Shown here piece after piece: positions 1 to 9,298 of a stretch of 64,000 nucleotides of DNA. The notes beneath the pieces were generated by a model, which was given only the letters and a program-made list of their open reading frames with translations, was not told the origin of the DNA and ran no database searches. The position numbers and the translations under genes were made by a program. Each line of letters opens with the position of its first letter. The first letter of the stretch is position 1. This DNA is from a virus: IMG/VR virus record IMGVR_UViG_3300028394_000044, positions 98,300 to 162,299 of that record. One strand, 5' to 3'.

Positions 1-158
1 AACGAATGTTTGGCTTGCGAAGGTTAATGGAAAAAAATATCAAAGCAAGAATCTCATAAACCATATGTTTGGTGGATTATGCGTATAATTGAAATGATAA
101 CGTGTTTACATATCATAGCGGGTGTTTGGAGACATTGGTAAAAAATTTAAGAAATAAA

Positions 159-815
159 ATGAAAACTATAGCATTATTCCAAGACGATAGAAATAAAGAA
201 TCAATATCTTGTGGGGATGGTGTGATTGAAGCACTATCTTCACATTATAATATCAAAATATTTAAGAAAGAAGAATGTACATTGGAAACATTTGAGAATG
301 TTGATATGCTGGTATTTCCAGGAGGTGTTGGTGATGCTGATGATTATTTTCATATGTTTCCCAGAAAAAGAGCAAATGCAATAGTTGAATTTATTGAAAA
401 AGGTGGTGCATATCTTGGCATATGCGTGGGTGCTTATTGGGCTGGTCCAGATTATTTTGATATACTAAAAGGTGCTGAACCTGTACAATATATAAAAAGA
501 CCAACCGCAGACATTACGAGAAGTTTTAATATTGCGGCTCATTGTATATGGGAAGGAGAAGAAGAACAAATATTCTTTCGTGATGGTTGTACATTTGTAG
601 GAGACCTTAGTCATTCAGAAATAGTAAGCACATATTTTAATAGAGAACCAATGTGTATTGTTCAAGGTAAGATTGGTGTGATGGGTGCATGTTTAGATTC
701 GTTAGAGTGGTGGTATGATAACAAAAAATTAAAACAATACTGGCATGAAGGTAGGCACCACAAATTGCTTTTAGATTTTGTAGACAAATTAATTAATTAT
801 AAAGAAAGTAGATAA
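159..815 (+). CDS. BPL_N / class I glutamine amidotransferase-like protein
   Basis: Motifs VFPGG and GGAYLGICVGAY (nucleophile-elbow Cys); ATG 159 preferred over GTG 102. Confidence 0.7.
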   Translation: MKTIALFQDDRNKESISCGDGVIEALSSHYNIKIFKKEECTLETFENVDMLVFPGGVGDADDYFHMFPRKRANAIVEFIEKGGAYLGICVGAYWAGPDYFDILKGAEPVQYIKRPTADITRSFNIAAHCIWEGEEEQIFFRDGCTFVGDLSHSEIVSTYFNREPMCIVQGKIGVMGACLDSLEWWYDNKKLKQYWHEGRHHKLLLDFVDKLINYKESR

Positions 816-819
816 AGAA

Positions 820-1260
820 ATGGAAAAAATAATAACAACAATCCTATTGGCACTGTGTATCGCACCAGTATTTGCCCAAAAAGAAAAAAGTGGTGTAACT
901 TATGATGTGGTATTGACAAGGGTTATAGATGGTGATACCGTAGCGTTTCAAGCCAGCTGGTTACCTGATCCATTGAAGAAGGAACTAAGCCTTCGTGTCT
1001 TTGGTGTTGACACTCCAGAAAAAGGATTCCGTGCAAAATGTCCAAGTGAAGATGCCCGCGGTCAAGCTGCATCCACTTTCACTAAAGCACAAATTAATGC
1101 ATCACAGAAAAAACAGATTATCTTAATGGATTGGGACAAGTATGGTGGACGAGTATTGGGTGACTTGATACTTGATGGTAAGAGTTTAAGACAAATGTTA
1201 ATAGCAAATGGTTTTGCCCGTGAATATTACGGTGAAGCCAAAACTTCATGGTGCGAATAA
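820..1260 (+). CDS. Thermonuclease (SNase family) with signal peptide
   Basis: RVIDGDT, RVFGVDTPE and DKYGGRVL motifs; hydrophobic N-terminus. Confidence 0.9.
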   Translation: MEKIITTILLALCIAPVFAQKEKSGVTYDVVLTRVIDGDTVAFQASWLPDPLKKELSLRVFGVDTPEKGFRAKCPSEDARGQAASTFTKAQINASQKKQIILMDWDKYGGRVLGDLILDGKSLRQMLIANGFAREYYGEAKTSWCE

Positions 1261-1261
1261 T

Positions 1262-2254
1262 ATGATTAAAAAAATAGCTTCTAAATTAACCGATGACAGA
1301 GATGCATTTAAGCCTTTCAATTATCCATGGGCATATGATGCATGGTTAAAACATGAACAAAGTCATTGGTTACACACTGAAGTGCCGATGCTTGAAGACG
1401 TTAAAGATTGGAAGAAACGCCTAACAGTTGAAGAGAAACAATTCTTAACCCATATCTTTCGATTCTTCACACAAGGTGATATTGATGTAGCCGGTGGTTA
1501 TGTTAACAACTATCTTCCTTACTTTCCACAGCCTGAAGTTAGAATGATGTTGTTAGGTTTTGCAGCTAGAGAAGCATTACACGTAGCAGCTTATTCACAC
1601 TTGATTGAAACTCTCGGTTTGCCTGAGACCATGTACAATGAATTCTTATCATACCAAGAAATGAAAGATAAGCACGATTATGTAATGGACATATCAGATA
1701 AAAATGGCACCAAAGAAAACACAGCCCGTCATATTGCAGTTTTTAGCGCATTCACTGAAGGTATGCAGTTGTTCTCTTCATTCATTATGTTGTTAAACTT
1801 CCCACGCCATGGCAAGATGAAAGGTATGGGTCAGATTGTTACTTGGTCTATCGTTGATGAAACAATGCACGCCGAGAATATGATGAAGTTGTTTAAAACT
1901 TACATCAATGAAAATCAGGAAATATGGACTGATGATTTGAAGAGTTCAATTTACACTATTGCTGAGAAAATGGTAGCACTTGAAGATAAATTTATTGATC
2001 TAGCATTTGGTATTAATGAAGGTGAAAACCTAACAAAAGAGGACGTGAAAAAATATATTCGGTATATTGCAGATCGTAGGCTGATTGGTTTGGGCATGAA
2101 GGGCATTTTTAAAGTCAAACGTAATCCATTGCCATGGGTTGAAGAAATGATTAATGCACCGACACACACAAACTTTTTTGAGAACCGAGCTACAGATTAT
2201 GCAAAAGGTGCATTGTCTGGCACATGGGGTGATGTTTGGGGTAAAGCTGCATAA
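1262..2254 (+). CDS. nrdB: Ribonucleotide reductase class Ia beta subunit
   Basis: FFTQGD, EALHVAAYS, EGMQLFSSF, DETMH and NFFENRATDY motifs. Confidence 0.97.
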   Translation: MIKKIASKLTDDRDAFKPFNYPWAYDAWLKHEQSHWLHTEVPMLEDVKDWKKRLTVEEKQFLTHIFRFFTQGDIDVAGGYVNNYLPYFPQPEVRMMLLGFAAREALHVAAYSHLIETLGLPETMYNEFLSYQEMKDKHDYVMDISDKNGTKENTARHIAVFSAFTEGMQLFSSFIMLLNFPRHGKMKGMGQIVTWSIVDETMHAENMMKLFKTYINENQEIWTDDLKSSIYTIAEKMVALEDKFIDLAFGINEGENLTKEDVKKYIRYIADRRLIGLGMKGIFKVKRNPLPWVEEMINAPTHTNFFENRATDYAKGALSGTWGDVWGKAA

Positions 2255-2331
2255 CGGCAAACATCCAATATTCTATTGACATTTGACAGAAAGAGAGCTA
2301 TAATAAGTTCTCTTTCTTATTGGAACATACC

Positions 2332-2520
2332 ATGATTAAAATTACATTTATTTTCTTATTGATTCTTTTTGCCGTAGTATTCAGCCCACTCATATCAATT
2401 TGGTCATTGAATACAATATTCACAACAAATATTGCATATACCTTTGAAACTTGGGCAGCTACAGTTTGGTTGACTATATTAATTTTTGGTCGAATTAGCA
2501 TGAAAACCAATGAAAAGTAA
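2332..2520 (+). CDS. Small membrane protein
   Basis: Two hydrophobic segments; follows a sigma70-like promoter. Confidence 0.5.
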   Translation: MIKITFIFLLILFAVVFSPLISIWSLNTIFTTNIAYTFETWAATVWLTILIFGRISMKTNEK

Positions 2521-2788
2521 AAAACTAACAGAATTAGCCAAACAAGCAGGCTTTGTTTTCTGGGAAGAAGATGAAGGTGCACCTTGGCATGACGAGACTG
2601 ATATCGATTGGTCTAGCGACTACACCAAAGAGGTTGAACGATTATATGGTATCATCTTGCTTGAAATATTAAAAACAATCGATGAGACAAATGTAAATTC
2701 CGTAGTATTTACATCATATGATGTTGACGTATGCAAGTATGTCAAGAATTTGATACGTAAGAACGTTGCTCAAAAATTTGGAGAATAA
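2510..2788 (+). CDS. Hypothetical phage protein, distant relative of the MNERIKELA family
   Basis: Starts KLTELAKQAG and ends KFGE, like the paralogs at 11.6-12.4 kb. Confidence 0.55.
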   Translation: MKSKKLTELAKQAGFVFWEEDEGAPWHDETDIDWSSDYTKEVERLYGIILLEILKTIDETNVNSVVFTSYDVDVCKYVKNLIRKNVAQKFGE

Positions 2789-2839
2789 CAATGAGACTAA
2801 TTGATTTAATCCATTCATTTAACACAAAGGAAAATTAAA

Positions 2840-3010
2840 ATGGCAGACGAAAAAGAAAAAACATCTAAAGCAAAAGCTGTGCAAATTGCAACAGCAACCA
2901 CCAATACAGGTCAAGTTGTATTGTTTGCATTGCTTGATGATGGAACAATTCAGTCAATTCGACCAATGGCAGAGGAATCGGATTGGGTTGTAGTTAAAAA
3001 AGTAAAATGA
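2840..3010 (+). CDS. Hypothetical protein (56 aa, not in ORF track)
   Basis: AAGGA RBS; translates MADEKEKTSKAKAVQIA... Confidence 0.55.
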   Translation: MADEKEKTSKAKAVQIATATTNTGQVVLFALLDDGTIQSIRPMAEESDWVVVKKVK

Positions 3011-3154
3011 ACAAAACTCTAGTTGCATTTGGTGTTTTGTTGTATAATCTTGCCATTGTAGCCGGCACCGCATATATGTGTGCCGAATATGATTGGTCGC
3101 CTTGGACTTTTTTAGCTACATGGGTTTTTCTTATTACTTTTAAAGAGGATACGG

Positions 3155-3457
3155 ATGATAAACATTGATACTGATAGAATAGATTTTTCGATCAAACACT
3201 ATGCTATTGGTGGTAAAATGCTCATTGGTAAATATGAGTTAGCTTCAAACGAATTTGAAAACTTTAAATTTGAACCAAAATTAGTTGATTATATTAAAGA
3301 AAAACTAGCATACGAGTTGGCTAAAAAAATGATTGAAGATAGACTGATCGGATTCACCGAGTATAAAAATATAAGTACAGATTCATCAACAATAGCCTTT
3401 CGTTGCTACTTAGCCCCCGATGACCAAATCAAAATATTAAGGGCATATAATGTTTAG
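3155..3457 (+). CDS. Hypothetical protein
   Basis: ORF with GAGGA RBS, tightly packed with neighbours. Confidence 0.55.
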   Translation: MINIDTDRIDFSIKHYAIGGKMLIGKYELASNEFENFKFEPKLVDYIKEKLAYELAKKMIEDRLIGFTEYKNISTDSSTIAFRCYLAPDDQIKILRAYNV

Positions 3458-4007
3458 TAAAGCAGACAATGCTGAAATTTTATCAGTCAAAGCATTGATA
3501 AAAATTAAACTGAATACTGCATTAAAATCTTTGCCGCCAGAATTGAGTAAATTTATAAGTGATTTTGGTATCGTTTCAGGTGGTATTTCAGCATCAATTA
3601 TTCATAATGAAAAAGTCAATGATATTGATATATACCTCAAAACTGAAAAAGCTATCGATACCTTTAATCAAGCGATTTTACACGATTCGGTTAAGGATCA
3701 TATTTCTGATGTAGATGAAAATTATAGTAATGTCTTGGTAAAAGGTAAAATGGTTACATCATGTGCAGTTACTTTTGGCTGTAATATACAAGTTATTACC
3801 ATGTATGCATCAATTGCAAGAACAACTTTTGATTTTATTCATACGATGCCATACTATGATATTTCAATGGATACATATTTTATCTCGCGGGCTGAATATG
3901 ATTCTATTATTAGTAAAAAACTAATTGCAAATCCAAATGGGACAACCACACCAAAAAGAATAAAGAAATTCATAGACAGAGGATGGTCATATGATGAAAA
4001 CCAGTGA
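3450..4007 (+). CDS. Putative nucleotidyltransferase (pol-beta/CCA-adding head-like)
   Basis: hSGG...NDIDIY and TFDF motifs. Confidence 0.55.
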   Translation: MFSKADNAEILSVKALIKIKLNTALKSLPPELSKFISDFGIVSGGISASIIHNEKVNDIDIYLKTEKAIDTFNQAILHDSVKDHISDVDENYSNVLVKGKMVTSCAVTFGCNIQVITMYASIARTTFDFIHTMPYYDISMDTYFISRAEYDSIISKKLIANPNGTTTPKRIKKFIDRGWSYDENQ

Positions 4008-4331
4008 ATAAAAATAGAGCCGGCATTCTAGTAAATACTAGTGTTTATACTTAGTTTTTATTGCATTGCAGCATATATAATGTTATACTTATGCTCACTA
4101 AAGAGGTCACTATAATTTTATGTTAAAAAAACTAATCGAACTATTCAAACCAAAATCTTTCCACTGCCAAATGGAAGAGTATATCAATTCAAAAAATCCA
4201 ACGTGTGAAGCTGATGTTGAACGACTGATGCGCCAATACACATTAAGAAGAGGTTCTCTATGATTGAAATACTCCGTGAAATTTTAGAACTAATGAAAAA
4301 CCAACCAATCGCTTACCAATAAGGATAAACA

Positions 4332-4559
4332 ATGACAAATTTTACCGACACAACCAAAATCTCCGACCTTGCACTAGCTATGATTACAGCTAATGACTCT
4401 GCTACAAAATCATATATTTCCGCACTGAACCAATTTGTAGGTTCTGAATATGCTACATATACGTATGGACTAACCTACATAGCATCAGAAATTACAAAAA
4501 ATGCAAGAAAAATCGTTGAAGAATTCGCTACTCTTGCGCCAGCAGGAATTAAAGGCTAA
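4332..4559 (+). CDS. Hypothetical helical protein
   Basis: AAGGA RBS, 75 aa ORF. Confidence 0.5.
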   Translation: MTNFTDTTKISDLALAMITANDSATKSYISALNQFVGSEYATYTYGLTYIASEITKNARKIVEEFATLAPAGIKG

Positions 4560-4756
4560 TACAAAATATCATAGACCTGTTGTAAGAAACGGGTGGATCA
4601 TACAATTCTCAGTGTATAAAGACTCTGAGATTTTATTGTTTATGACCTCTCGATATACAGGTCAAACGATAGTTAGATTTTTCAGTGATGAAGATCCTGC
4701 TGTGAAGTTTATCAATATGCTGATGCATAGAGACTCAACAACAATTCAACGAATTT

Positions 4757-4779
4757 AACCCACATTCAGTGGGTTTTTT
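4757..4779 (+). terminator. Rho-independent terminator
   Basis: AACCCAC-attca-GTGGGTT followed by a T run. Confidence 0.8.
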
Positions 4780-4834
4780 CATTATTGCCTGACATAAATC
4801 TATTTTTGGTGTATAATACATTAAGGAGCAAACT

Positions 4835-5035
4835 ATGAGCATAATCCTATCGTGTCTACATGAAGTTGAAAACACATATGATGGACATACAATCATTACT
4901 AAAAATTATGATCGTAAGAGTAGGCGAGCTATATCTTACATGAGTGTATGCACAAAGTGTAAATTGCAATATGTAACGGATGATGCAATTTTTGCCAATG
5001 AAGATGAAGCTATTAACTGGATGTTTGGAGAATAA
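4835..5035 (+). CDS. Hypothetical protein with CxxC
   Basis: TTGCCT/TATAAT promoter and AAGGAG RBS upstream. Confidence 0.55.
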   Translation: MSIILSCLHEVENTYDGHTIITKNYDRKSRRAISYMSVCTKCKLQYVTDDAIFANEDEAINWMFGE

Positions 5036-5036
5036 T

Positions 5037-5282
5037 ATGACAGTATTTGAATTGATTGAACGATTGAAAGAACTTGACCAAGAAGCTATGGTCGTAGTAA
5101 ATGGCTACGAAGGTGGCGTAAACGAGGTCAAATATGCTACTGAATCAGAATTAGCATTGGATGTTAACACCGCTTGGTACTATGGCAAACACGAACTGGT
5201 GAGCCACAGTTACGAAGATATGAGTGAGTACAAAAAAATAAACTCGGTGCATCTTGGTGGACTTGGTGGATTAAGTGACTAA
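5037..5282 (+). CDS. Hypothetical phage protein
   Basis: MTVFELIERL start is common in phage ORFans; GGAG RBS. Confidence 0.6.
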   Translation: MTVFELIERLKELDQEAMVVVNGYEGGVNEVKYATESELALDVNTAWYYGKHELVSHSYEDMSEYKKINSVHLGGLGGLSD

Positions 5283-5460
5283 TTATGGATCATAAACAAT
5301 ATATCAATTTTGAAGACTGGTTTGATGAACTTGAAAGTTATAGCATGAGGTCAGAAAGATTCTTTGAAAGCCTTGGTCAATTTAAAGAAGGCCAATTATA
5401 CCAAAGAAACTTAATCTTGTGGTTAGAATCAGCATTCCAAGCTGGAAGAGAAAGCAAATA

Positions 5461-6036
5461 ATGTTTGTATTTGATGTTGAGACCTTAGGTAAAAGGTCAA
5501 GTTCCGTGATATTATCCATGGCCGCTGTATATTTTAATCCAGATGAGAAGCCGGATCACATCCAGCTAAGACAAAACTCCTTCTTTATCAAGTTTGATGT
5601 ACAAGACCAAATTAAGAGATTAAACCGTGAGGTAGGTAAATCCACCATAGATTGGTGGGCTAAACAATGCGAGAATGTCAAAAACAAATCATTTAAACCA
5701 TCATCCAATGACGTACCATTTGAAACTGGGCATGAATTAATGCGTGAATGGGCTAAGTCAAAGAACGACAACAAATGTTGGGTATGGGCTAGAGGTAATC
5801 TAGATCAATTAGTGTTGGATGATATAGAAGAACAATTAGAGATAGAACCAATATGGGAATACAATCGTTGGAGAGATGTGAGAACAGCAGTAGATTTCCT
5901 GTATGGAACAACAACAGGCTACACCGAAGTCCACCATCCAGTATTTGATTCAAAGCTACATATAACGAAACACAATCCAGTAGATGATTGTATTTTTGAT
6001 GCTATGATGTTAATGTATGGGAACAAAAATGAATGA
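5461..6036 (+). CDS. dexA: DEDDh 3'-5' exonuclease (T4 DexA-like)
   Basis: FDVETLG, WARGNLD, WRDVRT and HNPVDDC motifs. Confidence 0.8.
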   Translation: MFVFDVETLGKRSSSVILSMAAVYFNPDEKPDHIQLRQNSFFIKFDVQDQIKRLNREVGKSTIDWWAKQCENVKNKSFKPSSNDVPFETGHELMREWAKSKNDNKCWVWARGNLDQLVLDDIEEQLEIEPIWEYNRWRDVRTAVDFLYGTTTGYTEVHHPVFDSKLHITKHNPVDDCIFDAMMLMYGNKNE

Positions 6037-6225
6037 ACAAACCAAAGCCAAACTGTATGAGTTAGTAGAGTACTATATCAATGGAAAAGTCCAAGAATTC
6101 CATAGTACCTCATATTCCAGTATAACATTTAAGAACAATAGATTCCAAGAGCTACAAAAAGAACATAGTGACCTGATGAACATGGTAGATTCTATTGAGT
6201 AAATGGGTATAATAATCTAAAATAG

Positions 6226-6245
6226 TGTGGATAAGCTGTGGATAA
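6226..6245 (-). promoter_or_regulatory. Two tandem consensus DnaA boxes
   Basis: TGTGGATAA (reverse complement TTATCCACA) at 6226-6234 and 6237-6245, intergenic. Confidence 0.55.
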
Positions 6246-6291
6246 GTAAGTACTCACTAACTTGTGAACGCACTACTGAGGATTTTGCACT

Positions 6292-6606
6292 ATGAAACAA
6301 TGCCCACGATGTGGTGTTGAACACCAAAAAAGAGGTCCGTTTTGTAGCCAATCTTGCGGTAATGTCCGAGAACAACCAGCGGAGCTACGACAAGCAAAAA
6401 GCGAAAAGCTGAGAGCCTATCATGCATCACCGGAAGGTGCAGCCACGCGGTCGATATCCAGCGATTTTGCATCACGCCTTAATAAGAACAGAGCATTAGA
6501 AAGGGCTGGCGAATACGTTTTGACCGATCCAGACTGGATGCTAGACGTTCCGCTATCAGTTGACCAGATGCATACATATGACGATGATGATAACTCATGG
6601 TTATAG
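6292..6606 (+). CDS. Zinc-finger-containing hypothetical protein
   Basis: CPRC...FCSQSC; GAGGA RBS. Confidence 0.6.
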   Translation: MKQCPRCGVEHQKRGPFCSQSCGNVREQPAELRQAKSEKLRAYHASPEGAATRSISSDFASRLNKNRALERAGEYVLTDPDWMLDVPLSVDQMHTYDDDDNSWL

Positions 6607-6633
6607 GGCGATCAAAGCCCTCAAAGGATATGC

Positions 6634-6786
6634 ATGAAAACACTAAAGAACCATTGCGAGAATTGCGAAAGCACCTATAAAATCGTATATGATGAAGAAA
6701 CGATAACAGACGAACCACACTTTTGTCCAGTATGTGCTGAGTACATAACTGAAGATAGTGAGGACACGGATGAATTGGACCTATAG
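6634..6786 (+). CDS. Small zinc-ribbon protein (not in ORF track)
   Basis: CENC...FCPVC with acidic tail; AAGGA RBS. Confidence 0.65.
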   Translation: MKTLKNHCENCESTYKIVYDEETITDEPHFCPVCAEYITEDSEDTDELDL

Positions 6787-7171
6787 AGGCACAGAGATAA
6801 CGCCAGAGGTCATTGGAGATTCATATGGATTCGTATACATCATAACCAATCTTAAGACCAATCGCCGATACATTGGTCGAAAGTATTTTACTAAAGCTGG
6901 TTACAAGACAGTAAAGGGTAAGAGAAAGAAGATTAGACTTTCCTCTGGATGGGAATCCTACTATGGATCCAATAAAGTATTGCTAGAAGACGTTGCTACA
7001 CTTGGTGCAGACTATTTTGATAGGGAAATTATTCACCTGTGCCGTAACCGGTCAGAGTGTTCCTACTGGGAAACGCATTACATCTTCCAGTATGAAGCCT
7101 TACTAAGTGACAGATGGTACAATGAGTGGTGCTCATGTAAAGTGATGAAGCGGAACTTGGTGCCTAAGTAA
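6770..7171 (+). CDS. GIY-YIG family nuclease
   Basis: GFVYIITN...RYIGRK. Confidence 0.8.
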   Translation: MNWTYRGTEITPEVIGDSYGFVYIITNLKTNRRYIGRKYFTKAGYKTVKGKRKKIRLSSGWESYYGSNKVLLEDVATLGADYFDREIIHLCRNRSECSYWETHYIFQYEALLSDRWYNEWCSCKVMKRNLVPK

Positions 7172-7194
7172 ATTCTTGGTTTTTTCTTGTTATA

Positions 7195-7207
7195 AATCAA
7201 CAACTTA
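7195..7207 (+). promoter_or_regulatory. IHF-binding consensus site
   Basis: AATCAAcaacTTA matches WATCAANNNNTTR, with an upstream T-tract. Confidence 0.45.
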
Positions 7208-7344
7208 CAGCCGGGTTTTTCAGGAGTTTGCTGTTATTGCATGGGCATGTAGGGTAGAAGCTAGGCTGTGGCTTAACCTGCATTGGAGCAAGGCATTTGG
7301 TAGACGCCCACTCCCACCGTCCACCCCCACACTGTTCGACCATT

Positions 7345-7374
7345 CTATTATACCAGGTTCTAGGTAATTGTCAA
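7345..7374 (-). promoter_or_regulatory. Sigma70-type promoter driving a non-coding G-rich transcript
   Basis: Minus strand TTGACAattacctagaacctggTATAAT. Confidence 0.7.
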
Positions 7375-7388
7375 GTACAGTAAAAGTA

Positions 7389-7544
7389 CTACACGGAGTT
7401 CCACTTATCACAATAGTATTTGGCATCCCGACGAAGGTCAAAGGCATCCGTCACGAAGTCTCCGTCCATGACATACCACACCACCTTTTCTAGACCGGTC
7501 TTGGTCATGGTGTAGGCTCGTTTGATGGTATATTTTGGCGTCAT
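7389..7544 (-). CDS. Small leaderless early protein (51 aa, not in ORF track)
   Basis: MTPKYTIKRAY...; ATG lies 6 nt after the TATAAT of a TTGACA promoter at about 7551-7579. Confidence 0.6.
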   Translation of the reverse strand: MTPKYTIKRAYTMTKTGLEKVVWYVMDGDFVTDAFDLRRDAKYYCDKWNSV

Positions 7545-7598
7545 GAGTTAATTATACCATAGATACCGTGCGGTGTCAAGTCAGAAGAAAGTTCTCTT

Positions 7599-7985
7599 TT
7601 ACCACAAGACGTGGTTATCGCCCCATTCCCTTATGTGAGCACCTCGTTCCCTCATTGAATCGATGGTTTCATCCGCTTCCTTATCCAGAAGGTCTTTAAT
7701 ATAATTGACCTCAGCATAGGATAATTCGAACCATTCGCCTTTAATTTTCCTCTTAGAGTAATTCTTATGTAAATACAATTCAACGTCATATGGTTCTGGA
7801 ATTTGAGGTGAGATATATTCTATACCCAACTGCACCCAATTTCCAGTATTCAAAGTTGACAGGCGTTTGGCTACACCTTTATTGCTTTTGGAGACACCAA
7901 TTTTGAATGGCCATGTTCCAGTTCCACTAGTCCAATCTTTGTGAGGTTTGATAGGTCCAATTAAGTATACGTGTCCAATGGCCAT
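7599..7985 (-). CDS. T5orf172/MUG113-like GIY-YIG domain protein
   Basis: HVYLIG, FKIGVSK, RLSTLNTGN and GEWFEL motifs. Confidence 0.8.
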   Translation of the reverse strand: MAIGHVYLIGPIKPHKDWTSGTGTWPFKIGVSKSNKGVAKRLSTLNTGNWVQLGIEYISPQIPEPYDVELYLHKNYSKRKIKGEWFELSYAEVNYIKDLLDKEADETIDSMRERGAHIREWGDNHVLW

Positions 7986-7986
7986 A

Positions 7987-8151
7987 TCACTCCGACCAGT
8001 CGGAGATATACTCCTCAATGTTTTCAATCTCTGCACGAAGTACCTCAGGAGAAACCTTCTCCAATAGCTTTAGGATATCCGCTAGAGCATCTCCTAGGTC
8101 CATATCATACTGGTCTACCATATCAAGGTATTGTTGGGCTAATGTTTTCAT
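7987..8151 (-). CDS. Small acidic protein (54 aa, not in ORF track)
   Basis: GGAG RBS; MKTLAQQYLDMVDQ...; abuts the next gene. Confidence 0.6.
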   Translation of the reverse strand: MKTLAQQYLDMVDQYDMDLGDALADILKLLEKVSPEVLRAEIENIEEYISDWSE

Positions 8152-8239
8152 ACAGTCTCCATAAGTTCATCATTGTCCACCAGAAGGGAGGTTGCAGGCT
8201 CAGTGCGCCATGGACACCAAAGCGTCTTGGTATGGTTCT

Positions 8240-8426
8240 ATTATACCAGGTTTTTGGCAATTGTCAATAGGCAATCATTCAAATAGTTGCAAAAAAACAA
8301 CTTGACAACTTTGGACATACCAATTATAATCCATGTGTTGGGTGTTTAAATGATATTTTGTAGTAAATGGTTCTCAGTAATTTTACTATGGTATTCGTTG
8401 ACACATTGGTAAAACTCTGGTATAAT
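8240..8426. promoter_or_regulatory. Divergent sigma70 early promoter cluster
   Basis: Minus-strand TTGACA..TATAAT at about 8240-8268; plus-strand TTGACA-17-TATAAT at 8302-8330 and 8398-8426. Confidence 0.8.
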
Positions 8427-8533
8427 AGAGACATGATGAAACGAATTACTGAACTTTTTCAAGCCGCTGTAGTTGCGGTGGTGATGTTTTCACCTCTTTT
8501 TTACTACATTCTTTTTCAGATGGAACCTTAATT

Positions 8534-8782
8534 ATGCGAACTAAAAGACTCTTTGTTGGTCTTAGGAACTCCCAGCGGATCCGAGTGATTATGGATGGTA
8601 TAGGTTTTTATACCACCGTAGCCGGTACCAATGAACTTCCGTTTGTGAACCAACGGTTAGCTATCCAAATGAGCCTTATTCAGATTGGTAAAGAAAATAT
8701 AAGTGGACTTGGCACCACTTATAATTACTATGATGAAAAAATGGTATATAAAAGTATTCAAGTACAGGTGAATTTAGTATGA
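8534..8782 (+). CDS. Hypothetical early protein
   Basis: ORF downstream of early promoters. Confidence 0.55.
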   Translation: MRTKRLFVGLRNSQRIRVIMDGIGFYTTVAGTNELPFVNQRLAIQMSLIQIGKENISGLGTTYNYYDEKMVYKSIQVQVNLV

Positions 8783-8955
8783 AAAATAACGATTTAGCCA
8801 AACGGATTGGTCTTGCGGAAGACATTTTATATGAAGTTTGCTTGGAGATTGATGACCAAGCTACTGAGGAGCAATCCCGACTGATTGAGGAAGCTAAAGA
8901 AGCACTGGAAAATCTCTATTTTTCTCTCCGAGACTTAAAAATAGTCTAAAAACAC

Positions 8956-9015
8956 TTGACAATTACCCGGAATCGTGTATAATAGAATCTTAGACAGTAA
9001 AGAAAAGGTTAGAAA
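8956..9015 (+). promoter_or_regulatory. Repeated early promoter/RBS cassette
   Basis: TTGACAattacccGGAATCGTGTATAATAGA...AGAAAAGGTTAGAAAATG, shared with the copies at 9530 and 9824. Confidence 0.85.
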
Positions 9016-9288
9016 ATGTCAGAACTTACAGAATACACACTGGAAATCTACAAAGCAGATAAACGTACCAAAGAAGGTAAACGTTTGGTTGCAAAACAAG
9101 ACTTTGCTCCTAGTACTAAAGCGTATATTAATATTGTAGCCGATGGTAAGCGTAAGTTGGGTTTCAGTGTTGAAGTGTTTGAGACCTTTGTTACCCGTAA
9201 AAATATTATGTCTGGTAAAGAGTTTCAGGAACGCTATGATACTCCGTATTACTGCTCTCCGTCCAGTGAATCTTTTTGGTCAATGTAA
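9016..9288 (+). CDS. Hypothetical early protein
   Basis: Cassette-driven ORF ending TPYYCSPSSESFWSM. Confidence 0.65.
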   Translation: MSELTEYTLEIYKADKRTKEGKRLVAKQDFAPSTKAYINIVADGKRKLGFSVEVFETFVTRKNIMSGKEFQERYDTPYYCSPSSESFWSM

Positions 9289-9298
9289 AGTTTTACAA

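Noticed and set aside
1262-2254. Intron or intein in nrdB
   Set aside because: The ORF is continuous and of normal length
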